Assembly (NCBI GenBank): GCA_017457005.1
Contig: JAFTII010000031.1
Span: 746-64,745 of the forward strand
Origin: Alphaproteobacteria bacterium
Lineage (GTDB): Bacteria; Pseudomonadota; Alphaproteobacteria; RF32; CAG-239
DNA length: 64,000 nt
Reading direction: 5' to 3'
Shown: piece by piece, positions 28,394 to 37,563 of the stretch
Numbering within the stretch: position 1 is the first letter of the stretch
How the letters are laid out: the number at the start of each line of letters is the position of its first letter
Program-made: the position numbers and the translations under genes
The notes under the pieces: model-generated
Told to the model about the DNA's origin: nothing
The model's database searches: none
The model's input: the letters and a program-made list of their open reading frames with translations, nothing else

Positions 28394-29527
28394 ATGGCTG
28401 ATGAAAAAATAAAAAAGAAAGCAAAAGCTAAATCTATGCAACGAGCAATGATGAAGCTTAATGCTATTGAAGAATATTATGCCAAAATGATTATTGTTTT
28501 CTCCAATAAAGTACGCTTAAAATTATACAGAAAGATAGCATCTTTAATGAAGAATCGTTTTTCATTGATGGATGCTTTGGATATGTTATATGATGGTGCC
28601 AGTAACGGCGGAAAGAATCCGGGTGAGCCATTGGCAATTGCTATTGCAGCTTGGGGTAAAGCTCTTAATAACGGTAAAACTTTTTCTGATGCCTTAAAAG
28701 GTTGGGCGCCAAACCGTGAACGTCTAATGCTTTCTGTCGGCGATGTATCTGACTTAGAGAGCGCCTTACTGAATCTTATTAAAGTGACAGAAGGTTCTAC
28801 AAAAATGGTACGTCCGATTATCGGTGCAATTGCCTACCCGAGCTTTTTGACAATGATGTCGGTACTTATTATTTATGCAATCGGTGTTTATATGGTGCCT
28901 CCGATGATTGATGCAGCCCCCAACGTTGTTTGGCGCGGAATGGCCAAAGACTTGGTGGATTTATCTTATTGGATTAAAAACAACTGGTTTATTGCGTTTG
29001 CGACACTGCCGATTATTATGGCGGTTATCTATTTTACTATTGGAATTTGGACAGGACGTGTCAGAGCTGCTTTTGATAATATTCCACCTTGGTCTTTATA
29101 TAAAGTATTTACCGGTATCAGTTGGCTATTGGCTTTATCCGCTTTGGTTAAGGGCGGAACCCCTGTTTCTACGGCAATGCGTGCATTACGTAGAGATTCC
29201 AGCCGATACTTGAAAGAACGTATTGATAAGACTATGGTTTTTATTAACAATGGTGATAACTTAGGACAAGCTTTAGCAAAAACCAAACTTAATTTTCCTG
29301 ATACGGAAATTATAAGTGACTTAAAAATTTATTCAGAACTTGATAACTTTGAAGAGGCCTTGGATAACTTAGCAAACGAATGGTTAGAAGAATCTGTTTA
29401 TTTGATTGAGGAAAAAGCCGGAATTTTAAATATGCTGGCATTGTTGTCTATCGGTGCAGTAATTGCATGGGCCGTTATGGGAACATTTGAAATGCAAGAT
29501 CAGATTACCAGTGGAATGGGAGGATAA
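28394..29527 (+). CDS. GspF/PilC-family inner-membrane platform protein
   Basis: 377 aa with three hydrophobic segments in the spacing typical of T2SSF-domain platform proteins. Follows the ATPase gene. Confidence 0.7.
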   Translation: MADEKIKKKAKAKSMQRAMMKLNAIEEYYAKMIIVFSNKVRLKLYRKIASLMKNRFSLMDALDMLYDGASNGGKNPGEPLAIAIAAWGKALNNGKTFSDALKGWAPNRERLMLSVGDVSDLESALLNLIKVTEGSTKMVRPIIGAIAYPSFLTMMSVLIIYAIGVYMVPPMIDAAPNVVWRGMAKDLVDLSYWIKNNWFIAFATLPIIMAVIYFTIGIWTGRVRAAFDNIPPWSLYKVFTGISWLLALSALVKGGTPVSTAMRALRRDSSRYLKERIDKTMVFINNGDNLGQALAKTKLNFPDTEIISDLKIYSELDNFEEALDNLANEWLEESVYLIEEKAGILNMLALLSIGAVIAWAVMGTFEMQDQITSGMGG

Positions 29528-29529
29528 AA

Positions 29530-30144
29530 ATGAACAAAATAAAAGCTTTTATAAGAGGATTTATAAAGTTATCAACCATATTAATAAAAAAAATATGGGA
29601 AATATTCAGACGTTATCCTAAAAAAATACAAATTGCAATTTTAGCTGGATTAGCTCTTGTAATATTAGGGATTTCTTGGTTTTCTGCTCCATTGCCGATA
29701 GGAAAAGCAGTTAAAGAAATGGAGGCTTTAGCCGGTAATATCAGGCGATTATACCAAAACAGACCGGATTATTGGGGGCTAAATACGCAGTTGGTACTTG
29801 ACAAAAAAATATACCCTAATAAAATGGGAGAAAACAATAAGCTGACCAGTCTTTTGGGTAATAATGTCTTGGTTGGAGACGGACATTTAGGTAAAGTTCT
29901 CATGCCCGGTTCTCGTAACTTCGATATCACATATAGTGAACTAACCAGAAAACAATGTATTCAACTGGCTACTCACGATTTTGACAGCTCTTTTTGGTTA
30001 GTGGTAATGGGTGTTACCATTGTAAACAATGAAGAACAACAGCTGTTTTCTTGGGAAGACAAAGAATATAAGCTACCGATTAGCATGGCTCACGCTAAAA
30101 AGTTGTGCAAAGACGGAAGCGCTATTGTTTGGCATAATGACTAA
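29530..30144 (+). CDS. Bitopic protein with basic N-terminus, single TM and periplasmic domain carrying a C-terminal Cys pair (pilin-like accessory protein?)
   Basis: 204 aa. Lacks the G / x4-E prepilin signature, so it is not called a pilin. Cys residues in TRKQCIQLA and KKLCKDGS suggest a disulfide-bonded domain. Confidence 0.35.
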   Translation: MNKIKAFIRGFIKLSTILIKKIWEIFRRYPKKIQIAILAGLALVILGISWFSAPLPIGKAVKEMEALAGNIRRLYQNRPDYWGLNTQLVLDKKIYPNKMGENNKLTSLLGNNVLVGDGHLGKVLMPGSRNFDITYSELTRKQCIQLATHDFDSSFWLVVMGVTIVNNEEQQLFSWEDKEYKLPISMAHAKKLCKDGSAIVWHND

Positions 30145-30262
30145 GGGATTATAACTTTGGCAATAAAAAAACTAATAAATTATACTTTCGGTCAAGTATT
30201 TTATGACTAAGGATAAGATTGTTCATAATTTATTAATCTGTTATAGTTAAACTATACACAAA

Positions 30263-30928
30263 ATGGATTTTAGGAGAGATACTATGTATAATATGTATAA
30301 AAATGAGCAATCAGGACGTTCCATGGTGGAAATGCTTGGCGTGCTTGCAATTATCGGAGTGCTTTCGATAGGTGGTATCTCCGGTTATTCAAAAGCGATG
30401 GCAAAATATCGCGTTAATAAAACATTAGATCAGATATCTATGTTGGTTATGAATATCCGTTCTTTGTTCTCTGCCAGTGTAGATTATACAGGTTTATCTG
30501 ATCAGACTGCTATTCAGATGGGTATTATTCCGAGAGATATGTTACCACCAAACACAACCGAAGCAACAGCAACAAAAATCATGAATGCTTACCAAGGCGG
30601 TGTATTCTTATCTACAGGTAACAGTGGCGGAACCGGGCGTTCATTTATTGTACAATATTCCGGTCTTACTCGTGAAGCTTGCGTAGCAATTGCAACCGCA
30701 GATTGGGGTTCTCAAGCTGGTTCAGGTTTGGTCGGCATATCTATTAAAGCCGGTACAGGTACCGATAAAACAGCAAAGGTTGCTATGCCTACAATTACAG
30801 TTGGTACAGACCAAACTGCAAACGGAGTTTTCGGAATGGATCAAATGCCGATTACTTTAGCAGAAGCTGCTACTCACTGTGCTGCAACTACCGATGTAGG
30901 TAATGCTGTACAATGGGAATATTACTAA
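30263..30928 (+). CDS. Type IVb prepilin (major pilin candidate)
   Basis: 18-aa basic leader MDFRRDTMYNMYKNEQSG, then RSMVEMLGVLAIIGVLSIGGI. Gly at -1, Glu at +5, a hydrophobic alpha1 helix, and a C-terminal Cys pair (REACVAIA ... THCAATT) forming a D-region. Confidence 0.7.
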   Translation: MDFRRDTMYNMYKNEQSGRSMVEMLGVLAIIGVLSIGGISGYSKAMAKYRVNKTLDQISMLVMNIRSLFSASVDYTGLSDQTAIQMGIIPRDMLPPNTTEATATKIMNAYQGGVFLSTGNSGGTGRSFIVQYSGLTREACVAIATADWGSQAGSGLVGISIKAGTGTDKTAKVAMPTITVGTDQTANGVFGMDQMPITLAEAATHCAATTDVGNAVQWEYY

Positions 30929-30953
30929 GCTAGTAATCATAAAAAGTTTGAAA

Positions 30954-30978
30954 GGAGCTTGTATAAGCTCCTTTTTTT
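30954..30978 (+). terminator. Rho-independent terminator after the pilin gene
   Basis: GGAGCTT-GTATA-AGCTCC hairpin followed by TTTTTTT. Confidence 0.5.
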
Positions 30979-31000
30979 ATAAACAAATCAAGACAATAAT

Positions 31001-31032
31001 AAAAAAGAGGGGATTATAATCCCCTCAAAAAA
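31001..31032. terminator. Bidirectional hairpin terminator between the pilin operon and convergent gpsA
   Basis: GAGGGGATT-ATA-AATCCCCTC perfect stem flanked by an A-run upstream and an A/T-run downstream, so a T-run follows the hairpin on either strand. Confidence 0.45.
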
Positions 31033-31052
31033 TATTAGCAAACAAGATTATA

Positions 31053-32015
31053 TTAAAATTCTTGTTTTAATTGACGTTCAAACATACTGCGAATGGTGCT
31101 TTTTATATCAGCATTTTCATAAATAACCCGATACAAAGCTTGACAAATAGGCATATCAATATTTCGCTCATCAGCAATATGTTTTACAGCCTTTAAGGTA
31201 GCAACACCTTCTGCAAGTTTACCAAAATTTTCTCCGCGAGCAAAATTTTCGCCATAAGTACGATTATGACTATGTTTAGAGAATAGCGTAGCCTCATAAT
31301 CACCAAGATGTGATAATCCGTATGCGGTTCTGGAATCACCACCGAGAGCGGCAATAAAGCGTCCAACTTCAACCGGAGCCCTCGCCATCAAGGCGCCTTT
31401 TAATCCGTACCACTCCAGACCGTCTAAAATTCCGGCAGCAATACCGATAACGTTTTTAAGCGCTGCGCCGACTTGATTACCGATAAGATCTGCCCCATAA
31501 TAAAAACGAATTAAATCACTGGAAAGAGCTTTAATTAAAAGGTCTTTTGTAGCTTCCTCATCGCTATCTATTACCGCACAAGAGGGAACTTTTTTCATAT
31601 AGTCCTGAACGTGTCCAGGGCCGCCTAAAGTACCGATATGAATATCTTGTTTAATTTCTTGGCGCATAATATCAAGCATTGTAGAAGCATTGGGATATTC
31701 AAGCCCTTTCATTGCCAAAAGGAATGTCTTGCCGTTTAAGTCATAAGCAGACAATTCTTTACACAAACCACGAAAATACTGACACCCGATGGAAATTATA
31801 ATCATGTCATTATTCAGCACCGCTGCCAAATTATCATGTAAATACATATTGTCAGATAAACTTAAATATGGATTTTTGCGAGTATCACGCAGTTCTATAA
31901 AATTAGGAGATGTCGGTATATCATACATATCAACATCAAAACCACAATAGTTCGCAGCGTACCAGCCTAAAAAAGTACCCCAGCGCCCACATCCGATAAG
32001 AGAAATATTACTCAT
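31053..32015 (-). CDS. gpsA: NAD(P)H-dependent glycerol-3-phosphate dehydrogenase
   Basis: N-terminal Rossmann motif ISLIGCGRWGT; the ~320-aa length and overall sequence pattern are typical of GpsA. Confidence 0.75.
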   Translation of the reverse strand: MSNISLIGCGRWGTFLGWYAANYCGFDVDMYDIPTSPNFIELRDTRKNPYLSLSDNMYLHDNLAAVLNNDMIIISIGCQYFRGLCKELSAYDLNGKTFLLAMKGLEYPNASTMLDIMRQEIKQDIHIGTLGGPGHVQDYMKKVPSCAVIDSDEEATKDLLIKALSSDLIRFYYGADLIGNQVGAALKNVIGIAAGILDGLEWYGLKGALMARAPVEVGRFIAALGGDSRTAYGLSHLGDYEATLFSKHSHNRTYGENFARGENFGKLAEGVATLKAVKHIADERNIDMPICQALYRVIYENADIKSTIRSMFERQLKQEF

Positions 32016-32113
32016 AATAAGTTTCCTTTTGTTATAATTAATATATATTTAGTAGCCCATATAAAGAACTTTTGCAACAAAGATATTGCAAAAGCACACG
32101 GATATTATTAAAA

Positions 32114-32554
32114 CTAAAGAGAACTTTTTTTACTTCTTTGACGAGTAACTATTGCGCCAATATGGTCAAATTCCGTAAAAGAATGATATGCATAATCCAA
32201 GCTTTTTTTATCACAATCGTAAAACACTTGATTAGCTAAAGATTGAATAGCACTGTCTATACGCTTAAAGGCATTATTATAGTCGGAATTGTAATTATTT
32301 TTTTGTTTTTTTTGAACGATGAAATGATAAGCGGCGATTACTTTTGCGGTTTCTTCCGCTGAATTTGCATAACCTTTTTCTTCAAAGTCACGCATGATTC
32401 GTGCTGTTGTCTGATAAAAGCACTTATTAGTTAAAATACTCTTTTGCTTTTTATTATTACTATCAATTATCATCGCCTGATACCTATAGTTTAAGAGGTT
32501 ATGTAACACAAAATATAATAATTGGCAAGAGTTTTTACTAGGTTTAGGGTACAT
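32114..32554 (-). CDS. Hypothetical protein (146 aa)
   Basis: ORF only. Contains a T7-G-T8 homopolymer tract (32288-32304) in the coding region. Confidence 0.3.
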   Translation of the reverse strand: MYPKPSKNSCQLLYFVLHNLLNYRYQAMIIDSNNKKQKSILTNKCFYQTTARIMRDFEEKGYANSAEETAKVIAAYHFIVQKKQKNNYNSDYNNAFKRIDSAIQSLANQVFYDCDKKSLDYAYHSFTEFDHIGAIVTRQRSKKSSL

Positions 32555-32654
32555 TATTTAGTTTAAGAATCTGTTAATTTCAGTAAAAATTCTAAAGACA
32601 TAAAAAATTTGTTGCAAAATACAATCTTATCGGTTAGTTTAAGCTTTGTTTTGC

Positions 32655-32745
32655 GGATAGATGGCCGAGTGGTCGAAGGCGCACGATTGGAAATCGTGTG
32701 TACCTCCAAAGGGTACCGTGGGTTCGAATCCCACTCTATCCGCCA
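32655..32745 (+). tRNA. tRNA-Ser (anticodon GGA)
   Basis: Acceptor stem GGATAGA/TCTATCC, anticodon loop TTGGAAA, long variable arm, T-loop GGTTCGAATCC, 3' CCA encoded. Confidence 0.85.
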
Positions 32746-33030
32746 TTTACAAACCCACCTTTTGGTGGGTTTTATTAATAAAAATATCTCTTACACAACA
32801 AGAAGAATTGAAAAATGATATAAAAAATAAGGTGCGTGTATGTGAAATTCTTAAAAAATATGGAATCACTAAACCGACTTATTACAGATATAAAGAGAAT
32901 TTTGGGTTGTAATTATAAAGGGCGGATTTATTCCGCCTTTTGTTTCATAGTTTGTAATAGAACATATTTTATTGATTTTTAATTAGTCATATCTTAATCT
33001 ACATATAAATTTATTAAAAAGGAGTGTAAT

Positions 33031-33402
33031 ATGAGCAAATTTTTATGTTTTTGTCTTGGTGTAATATGCGGAATGATTGCGTTCCCCTTAATAGTGGGCA
33101 ATGTTAGTGATTATGACAATCCTTACGGAATAAAAGGATTAAGAATGTTAGAAAAAAAAGGTAGTTGTATAACTAATAAAAATCTTGAAATATTTCAAAA
33201 TCACGCAGAAGGTATAGCATTAGCACATCCAGTAAATGATTTTGAAACACTCGTATTACTTATTGATGAAAGCGGTAGATTGTTTTATGATGGAGAAACG
33301 GTTAAAAATCCATCAAAAAAATGTGCCAAACAAATTGGTGTCTACCAATATGAAACTAATGCAGGACCAATTAAAACTGTCCCTGCTGTAATAATTGAAT
33401 AA
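33031..33402 (+). CDS. Hypothetical membrane-anchored/exported protein (123 aa)
   Basis: N-terminal hydrophobic segment; no family recognised. Confidence 0.35.
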   Translation: MSKFLCFCLGVICGMIAFPLIVGNVSDYDNPYGIKGLRMLEKKGSCITNKNLEIFQNHAEGIALAHPVNDFETLVLLIDESGRLFYDGETVKNPSKKCAKQIGVYQYETNAGPIKTVPAVIIE

Positions 33403-33570
33403 TATGAGGGTATAATATGAAAAAAGTTTTTTTATTGTTTGCAATAGTTTTATTATCTGGATGCAATAGTTTTAGATGTGAATTTACTCATCCAAATAAT
33501 ATGACACCCGCAATGTTAGAATATTGTAAAGCAGCAGCAAGTTCGTCTGATGTATATGTAGCACGTTAAT

Positions 33571-34296
33571 ATGTCTGAATTGCTTGGTGTTATACTAATT
33601 TTCTTTTTAATTGGTTATGTCTTATATAAGAAAGCCAAAAGGGATGTTATACGAGAGCAATTACAACGACAAGAGAACATTGATTTAATTAGCAGTGTAA
33701 CACCTATATTTAGAGGAACATCTACTGAAAGATTCTTAATTTTAACTTTATTAAAACACGGTATAAATTCAAGAACTATATTTCACGACCTATACATATT
33801 TAAACCAGATGGGAAAACATCTCAAATTGACCTTGTTGTCGCCACAAGTGTTGGTATAATTGTTTTTGAAGTAAAAGATTATAGTGGTTGGATATATGGA
33901 AAAGGGAATCAACAAAAATGGACACAGGTATTATCTTATGGTAGAGAAAAACACCGCTTTTATAATCCTATATTACAAAATAAGTCTCATATATCTCAAT
34001 TACAAAGAATTTTGAAAGAAAAAGTCCCTTTTTATTCTGTTATTGTCTTTTATGGTAATTGTAGATTAGAAGATATTAGTTTTATCCCTCAAAACACATT
34101 TATTACTAAATCTTATAGAGTTCTTGATGTTGTAGAAAGTATATTACAAAATAATCCTATTGCTAATTATAAAGATAAACATAATGTTGTAAATCTTTTG
34201 AAAAAAGCTGTTACGAATGGGAGTAAAGATAATATTGAAGAAAAACATATTGATAATATCAAAGATATGTTAGGAGATGATAGAATTTTCAAATAA
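33571..34296 (+). CDS. NERD (nuclease-related domain) protein with N-terminal TM helix
   Basis: Central block DLVVATSVGIIVFEVKDYSGWIYGKGNQQKWTQ...RFYNPILQNKSHISQL resembles NERD-domain proteins. Confidence 0.45.
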   Translation: MSELLGVILIFFLIGYVLYKKAKRDVIREQLQRQENIDLISSVTPIFRGTSTERFLILTLLKHGINSRTIFHDLYIFKPDGKTSQIDLVVATSVGIIVFEVKDYSGWIYGKGNQQKWTQVLSYGREKHRFYNPILQNKSHISQLQRILKEKVPFYSVIVFYGNCRLEDISFIPQNTFITKSYRVLDVVESILQNNPIANYKDKHNVVNLLKKAVTNGSKDNIEEKHIDNIKDMLGDDRIFK

Positions 34297-34725
34297 ATTC
34301 CTACATCTCAACCACCGAATATTGCCCATTACAATACTTCACAATAGCAAAGTTTCTTCTATTAAGGGCCTGGAATACTACAATCCAAGCCCAACCATTA
34401 TTAAAAACAATTTGTCCGTCTTTCATTATGTAGGTGTATTTCTTATTAAATGTCATCAATTTATGATATGCGGTGGTTAATTCCATTTATTGACCTTTAC
34501 AAATATGATAATATTCTTTTGGTAATAATGCGTTGCCCTTTATCTATTAAATAATAAAGATTGCGATTTATTGCTTCTTTGTTATCAAATTCCTCATAAA
34601 GAAAATATAACTCATTTAGATTATGTAATAGATTGTTTATGGCATTGATTGCAGGTTTTCGTGATTCACATATTATTATTGAACTTTTTCTAATAGTTGT
34701 TCGTTTTTAAATACAGGTGTAAAAA

Positions 34726-35061
34726 ATGAAAGGAAAAACTATGAAAAAGTTTATGTTATCTTTATTGGCGATTACTCTAATATCTTCTCCGGTTACGGCA
34801 AAACCGATCAGACATCATCACAGACCTGCTCCGGCAAAGATCATTCATCATCACAAATCTCATCATAATGAACCTTTAGCTTTTGTTGCGGCAGGGGTAT
34901 TAGGGTTTACTTTAGGCAATATTATTTCTTATTCTTCCGGACAAACTAATTATACTGTAACAACTAACGATAAAGAATGTTTTTTGGTAGTTAGCAAATC
35001 AAGCGGTAATGTTACACAAAGATGTGTTGACGGCGATAACCAAGTACTTTATGTGGATTAA
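34726..35061 (+). CDS. Small secreted His-rich protein (111 aa)
   Basis: Signal peptide, then RHHHRPAPAKIIHHHKSHHNEP. Possible metal-binding periplasmic protein. Confidence 0.4.
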   Translation: MKGKTMKKFMLSLLAITLISSPVTAKPIRHHHRPAPAKIIHHHKSHHNEPLAFVAAGVLGFTLGNIISYSSGQTNYTVTTNDKECFLVVSKSSGNVTQRCVDGDNQVLYVD

Positions 35062-35064
35062 AAT

Positions 35065-35144
35065 TGGCGTCCCCGAGAGGACTTGAACCTCCTACCCACA
35101 GTTTAGGAAACTGTTGCTCTATCCTGATGAGCTACGGGGACACC
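35065..35144 (-). tRNA. tRNA-Arg (anticodon CCT)
   Basis: Reverse complement GGTGTCCCCGTAGCTCATCAGGATAGAGCAACAGTTTCCTAAACTGTGGGTAGGAGGTTCAAGTCCTCTCGGGGACGCCA; anticodon loop TTCCTAA. Confidence 0.85.
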
Positions 35145-35191
35145 TTAGTTTTTGATTATATTCAAACTAAATAAAAAGCAAGTAATTTTTA

Positions 35192-36385
35192 TTATTCTGC
35201 ATTATTTTTTCGCAGGGTTATATTCTTAAAAAAAGATCCTACTTTTTGATAAATCTTTTGCGACTGTTGAGGCAGTAGTTTTTCTAAAAATTTAATTTGA
35301 ATATCAGCTATTTGCAACACGGAATTAATATCCACAAATTCGCCGTCGGCATGCATTCCGTCACCACTACCGGAGTGCATTATAACCGTTGATCCTCTTA
35401 CAGCAAAAGCTCGGGAATCGGTTGCTCCTCCTTCGTATTCAAAGCTGAGAGGGAAACCTAAAACTTCTTCAGCTAAAGATTTATAAGCTAAAATATACTC
35501 ATTATCTTCACTCATAACAACCGGTGTTGAAGAAGATACTATTTGATATTCAACACCTGAAACCAATGAAGCCTTTAAATTTTCTTCCAACTGTTTTAGC
35601 GATGATGTTTCTATCAAACGTATATCACACAAAGCCTCACAATAATCGCTGATAACATTTGACACTTCTCCGCCTTTTATCTTGGCCACGTGCATGGTAT
35701 CAATCCATTTTTGGTCAGGAGTTATCCCATTCTTAGAATAATAAGGATATATTTGCCGTAAGTTAGCAATTGACTGCATTAACAGTTCATTTGCATCAAT
35801 TCCGTCCCAAGGGCGTGAGCCATGGGCAGCTTCGCCTTTGGCCGTTAATTTTACAAAAACGGGATTTTTACATTTAACTATCAGCTTACTGATATCACCA
35901 CCTACATCATTATCCAATACAATCTTGGATTTTAATCCGGTATGTGCCGCTAAAAATGCCTCTGTACCGTGACTGCCTTTTTCTTCATCAGAAGATAAGA
36001 TAACGCCAAATTTTATAGGCAAATTATGCTCTAAGACATATTCCATAGAGTTTAATGCAACTGCTGCAAAAGACTTCATGTCTAACGAGCCTCGTCCGTA
36101 CATTTTGTTACCATCTATTTTGGGTATATACATTTCTTCTTGTGCTGCAACAACATCTATATGACCTAATACAAGAACATCATAATCTTGAGAATCGCTA
36201 TTACTTATGAATAAAACCGGTGCTGAAGGGACTTGTTCAAATAACTCTATTTTTGCGCTACTATCAGCAAATAATGATTTAATATATGAAAAAACTTTAT
36301 TTATTTCTGATACATTTCCGGTTTCAGAACGAAAACGCATTAAATCTTGCGCAACTTTTATGATGTCCATATTTTTTCCTTTCAA
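35192..36385 (-). CDS. M20-family metallopeptidase (ArgE/DapE-like deacylase)
   Basis: 397 aa with the overall pattern of the ArgE/DapE M20 family (HIDVV metal-ligand region, Glu-rich catalytic region). Confidence 0.65.
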   Translation of the reverse strand: MKGKNMDIIKVAQDLMRFRSETGNVSEINKVFSYIKSLFADSSAKIELFEQVPSAPVLFISNSDSQDYDVLVLGHIDVVAAQEEMYIPKIDGNKMYGRGSLDMKSFAAVALNSMEYVLEHNLPIKFGVILSSDEEKGSHGTEAFLAAHTGLKSKIVLDNDVGGDISKLIVKCKNPVFVKLTAKGEAAHGSRPWDGIDANELLMQSIANLRQIYPYYSKNGITPDQKWIDTMHVAKIKGGEVSNVISDYCEALCDIRLIETSSLKQLEENLKASLVSGVEYQIVSSSTPVVMSEDNEYILAYKSLAEEVLGFPLSFEYEGGATDSRAFAVRGSTVIMHSGSGDGMHADGEFVDINSVLQIADIQIKFLEKLLPQQSQKIYQKVGSFFKNITLRKNNAE

Positions 36386-36464
36386 TAATATTTTTTTACA
36401 ATTTATTCACTTAATGTATTCATAATAAAATTAAATTGATAAAAAACTTTTAAAAGAGGATAAA

Positions 36465-36971
36465 ATGAAAACGATTTTTACTATTGTAGCAACTTTTTTA
36501 TTATCCGTCAGTAGTGTGTTCGCACAAGAAGCTCCTTCTTCCGGAGAAAGCGGACTTAAAATTCCTCGCTTTGTGTCCTTGCGCTCTAACCATATCAATA
36601 CCCGTTCAGGGCCGGGTTCCAGATACCCAATAGAATGGGTATATTTACAAAGTTCTGCACCGGTGGAAGTTATTGCGGAATTTGAGCTATGGAGAAAGAT
36701 TAAAGATTGGCAAGGATCTGAAAGTTGGGTTCATAAATCTATGCTTAGCGGAAAACGTGCAGTAAAAGTAATTGCGCCGGGTGAAAATAACTTATTTGCA
36801 AAAGATGATTACCAGTCTAAGGTTATTGCAAAAGTGGAAGATGAAGTTATCGGCGAAATAAAAAAATGTCCGGCAAACAATAATTTCTGCCTAATTCAAT
36901 TTGATTCCATCAGCGGATGGCTGCCCAGACATAGTTTATACGGCATATATCCTGATGAAATTATTGATTAG
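36465..36971 (+). CDS. Exported protein with bacterial SH3-like domain
   Basis: Signal peptide; low-complexity beta-rich domain. Weak call. Confidence 0.4.
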   Translation: MKTIFTIVATFLLSVSSVFAQEAPSSGESGLKIPRFVSLRSNHINTRSGPGSRYPIEWVYLQSSAPVEVIAEFELWRKIKDWQGSESWVHKSMLSGKRAVKVIAPGENNLFAKDDYQSKVIAKVEDEVIGEIKKCPANNNFCLIQFDSISGWLPRHSLYGIYPDEIID

Positions 36972-37563
36972 ATAATATTTTTGCCGTCCAACAATCGTCA
37001 TCATATATTATTTGGTATAAAGCAGTATTCGCCATTCGGTGCGGTAAGATTCCAAATTTCATCAGCAGATACCGGATAGAACTTCCATGTGAACAAACCC
37101 CTATTGTTTGCTCCGGTGTTTGAAGTAAGTCATGAAAAACGGCAAACATTCGGTCTTGCATTTGTTGCTTACTCTCTCCGTGCGGAAAAGCTATACTCAT
37201 ATCATTATCAGGAGAATACCATGCTTGGAAAATATCCGGATATGCATTTTCTACTTCTTGAGCTAATAATCCCTCTGCTTTTCCAAGATTGCCTTCTCGC
37301 AAATCCGGTATTATCTGAATCGGAACATCAAGCTTGGTTGCAACTATTGTAGAAGTTTGAAGTGCTCTCTTAAGAGCGCTGGAATATATGATTTCCAAAC
37401 CATTATTTTGCAATTTTTCTGCTAATTGAGCTGCCTGACGTTGTCCATTGAGATTCAACAGACTGTCTATACTGCACCCTTGCCAACGTTTTTCAAGATT
37501 ATACGAAGTCTCGCCATGACGAAATAAGTAAAAAATTTTAGCCATTTTTTTTAGTCTCTTCAA
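36961..37563 (-). CDS. Histidine phosphatase (phosphoglycerate mutase-like) family protein
   Basis: N-terminal RHGETSYN catalytic His motif. Confidence 0.7.
   Translation of the reverse strand: MKRLKKMAKIFYLFRHGETSYNLEKRWQGCSIDSLLNLNGQRQAAQLAEKLQNNGLEIIYSSALKRALQTSTIVATKLDVPIQIIPDLREGNLGKAEGLLAQEVENAYPDIFQAWYSPDNDMSIAFPHGESKQQMQDRMFAVFHDLLQTPEQTIGVCSHGSSIRYLLMKFGILPHRMANTALYQIIYDDDCWTAKILSNQ

Noticed and set aside
29530-30144. Second prepilin gene
   Set aside because: The N-terminus lacks the G / x4-E cleavage signature. It looks like a bitopic accessory protein, not a prepilin-peptidase substrate.
20152-30928. Tad/Flp pilus or type II secretion interpretation of the plus-strand locus
   Set aside because: A lipoprotein secretin with a TcpQ-like partner, a tetracysteine GspE-type ATPase and a ~200-aa pilin with an 18-aa leader fit type IVb pili. 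No TadZ/RcpC/Flp-like small pilin or T2SS pseudopilin set is present.
32661-32912. 83-aa ORF overlapping tRNA-Ser
   Set aside because: It begins inside the tRNA gene. The tRNA call is strong; the ORF is spurious.
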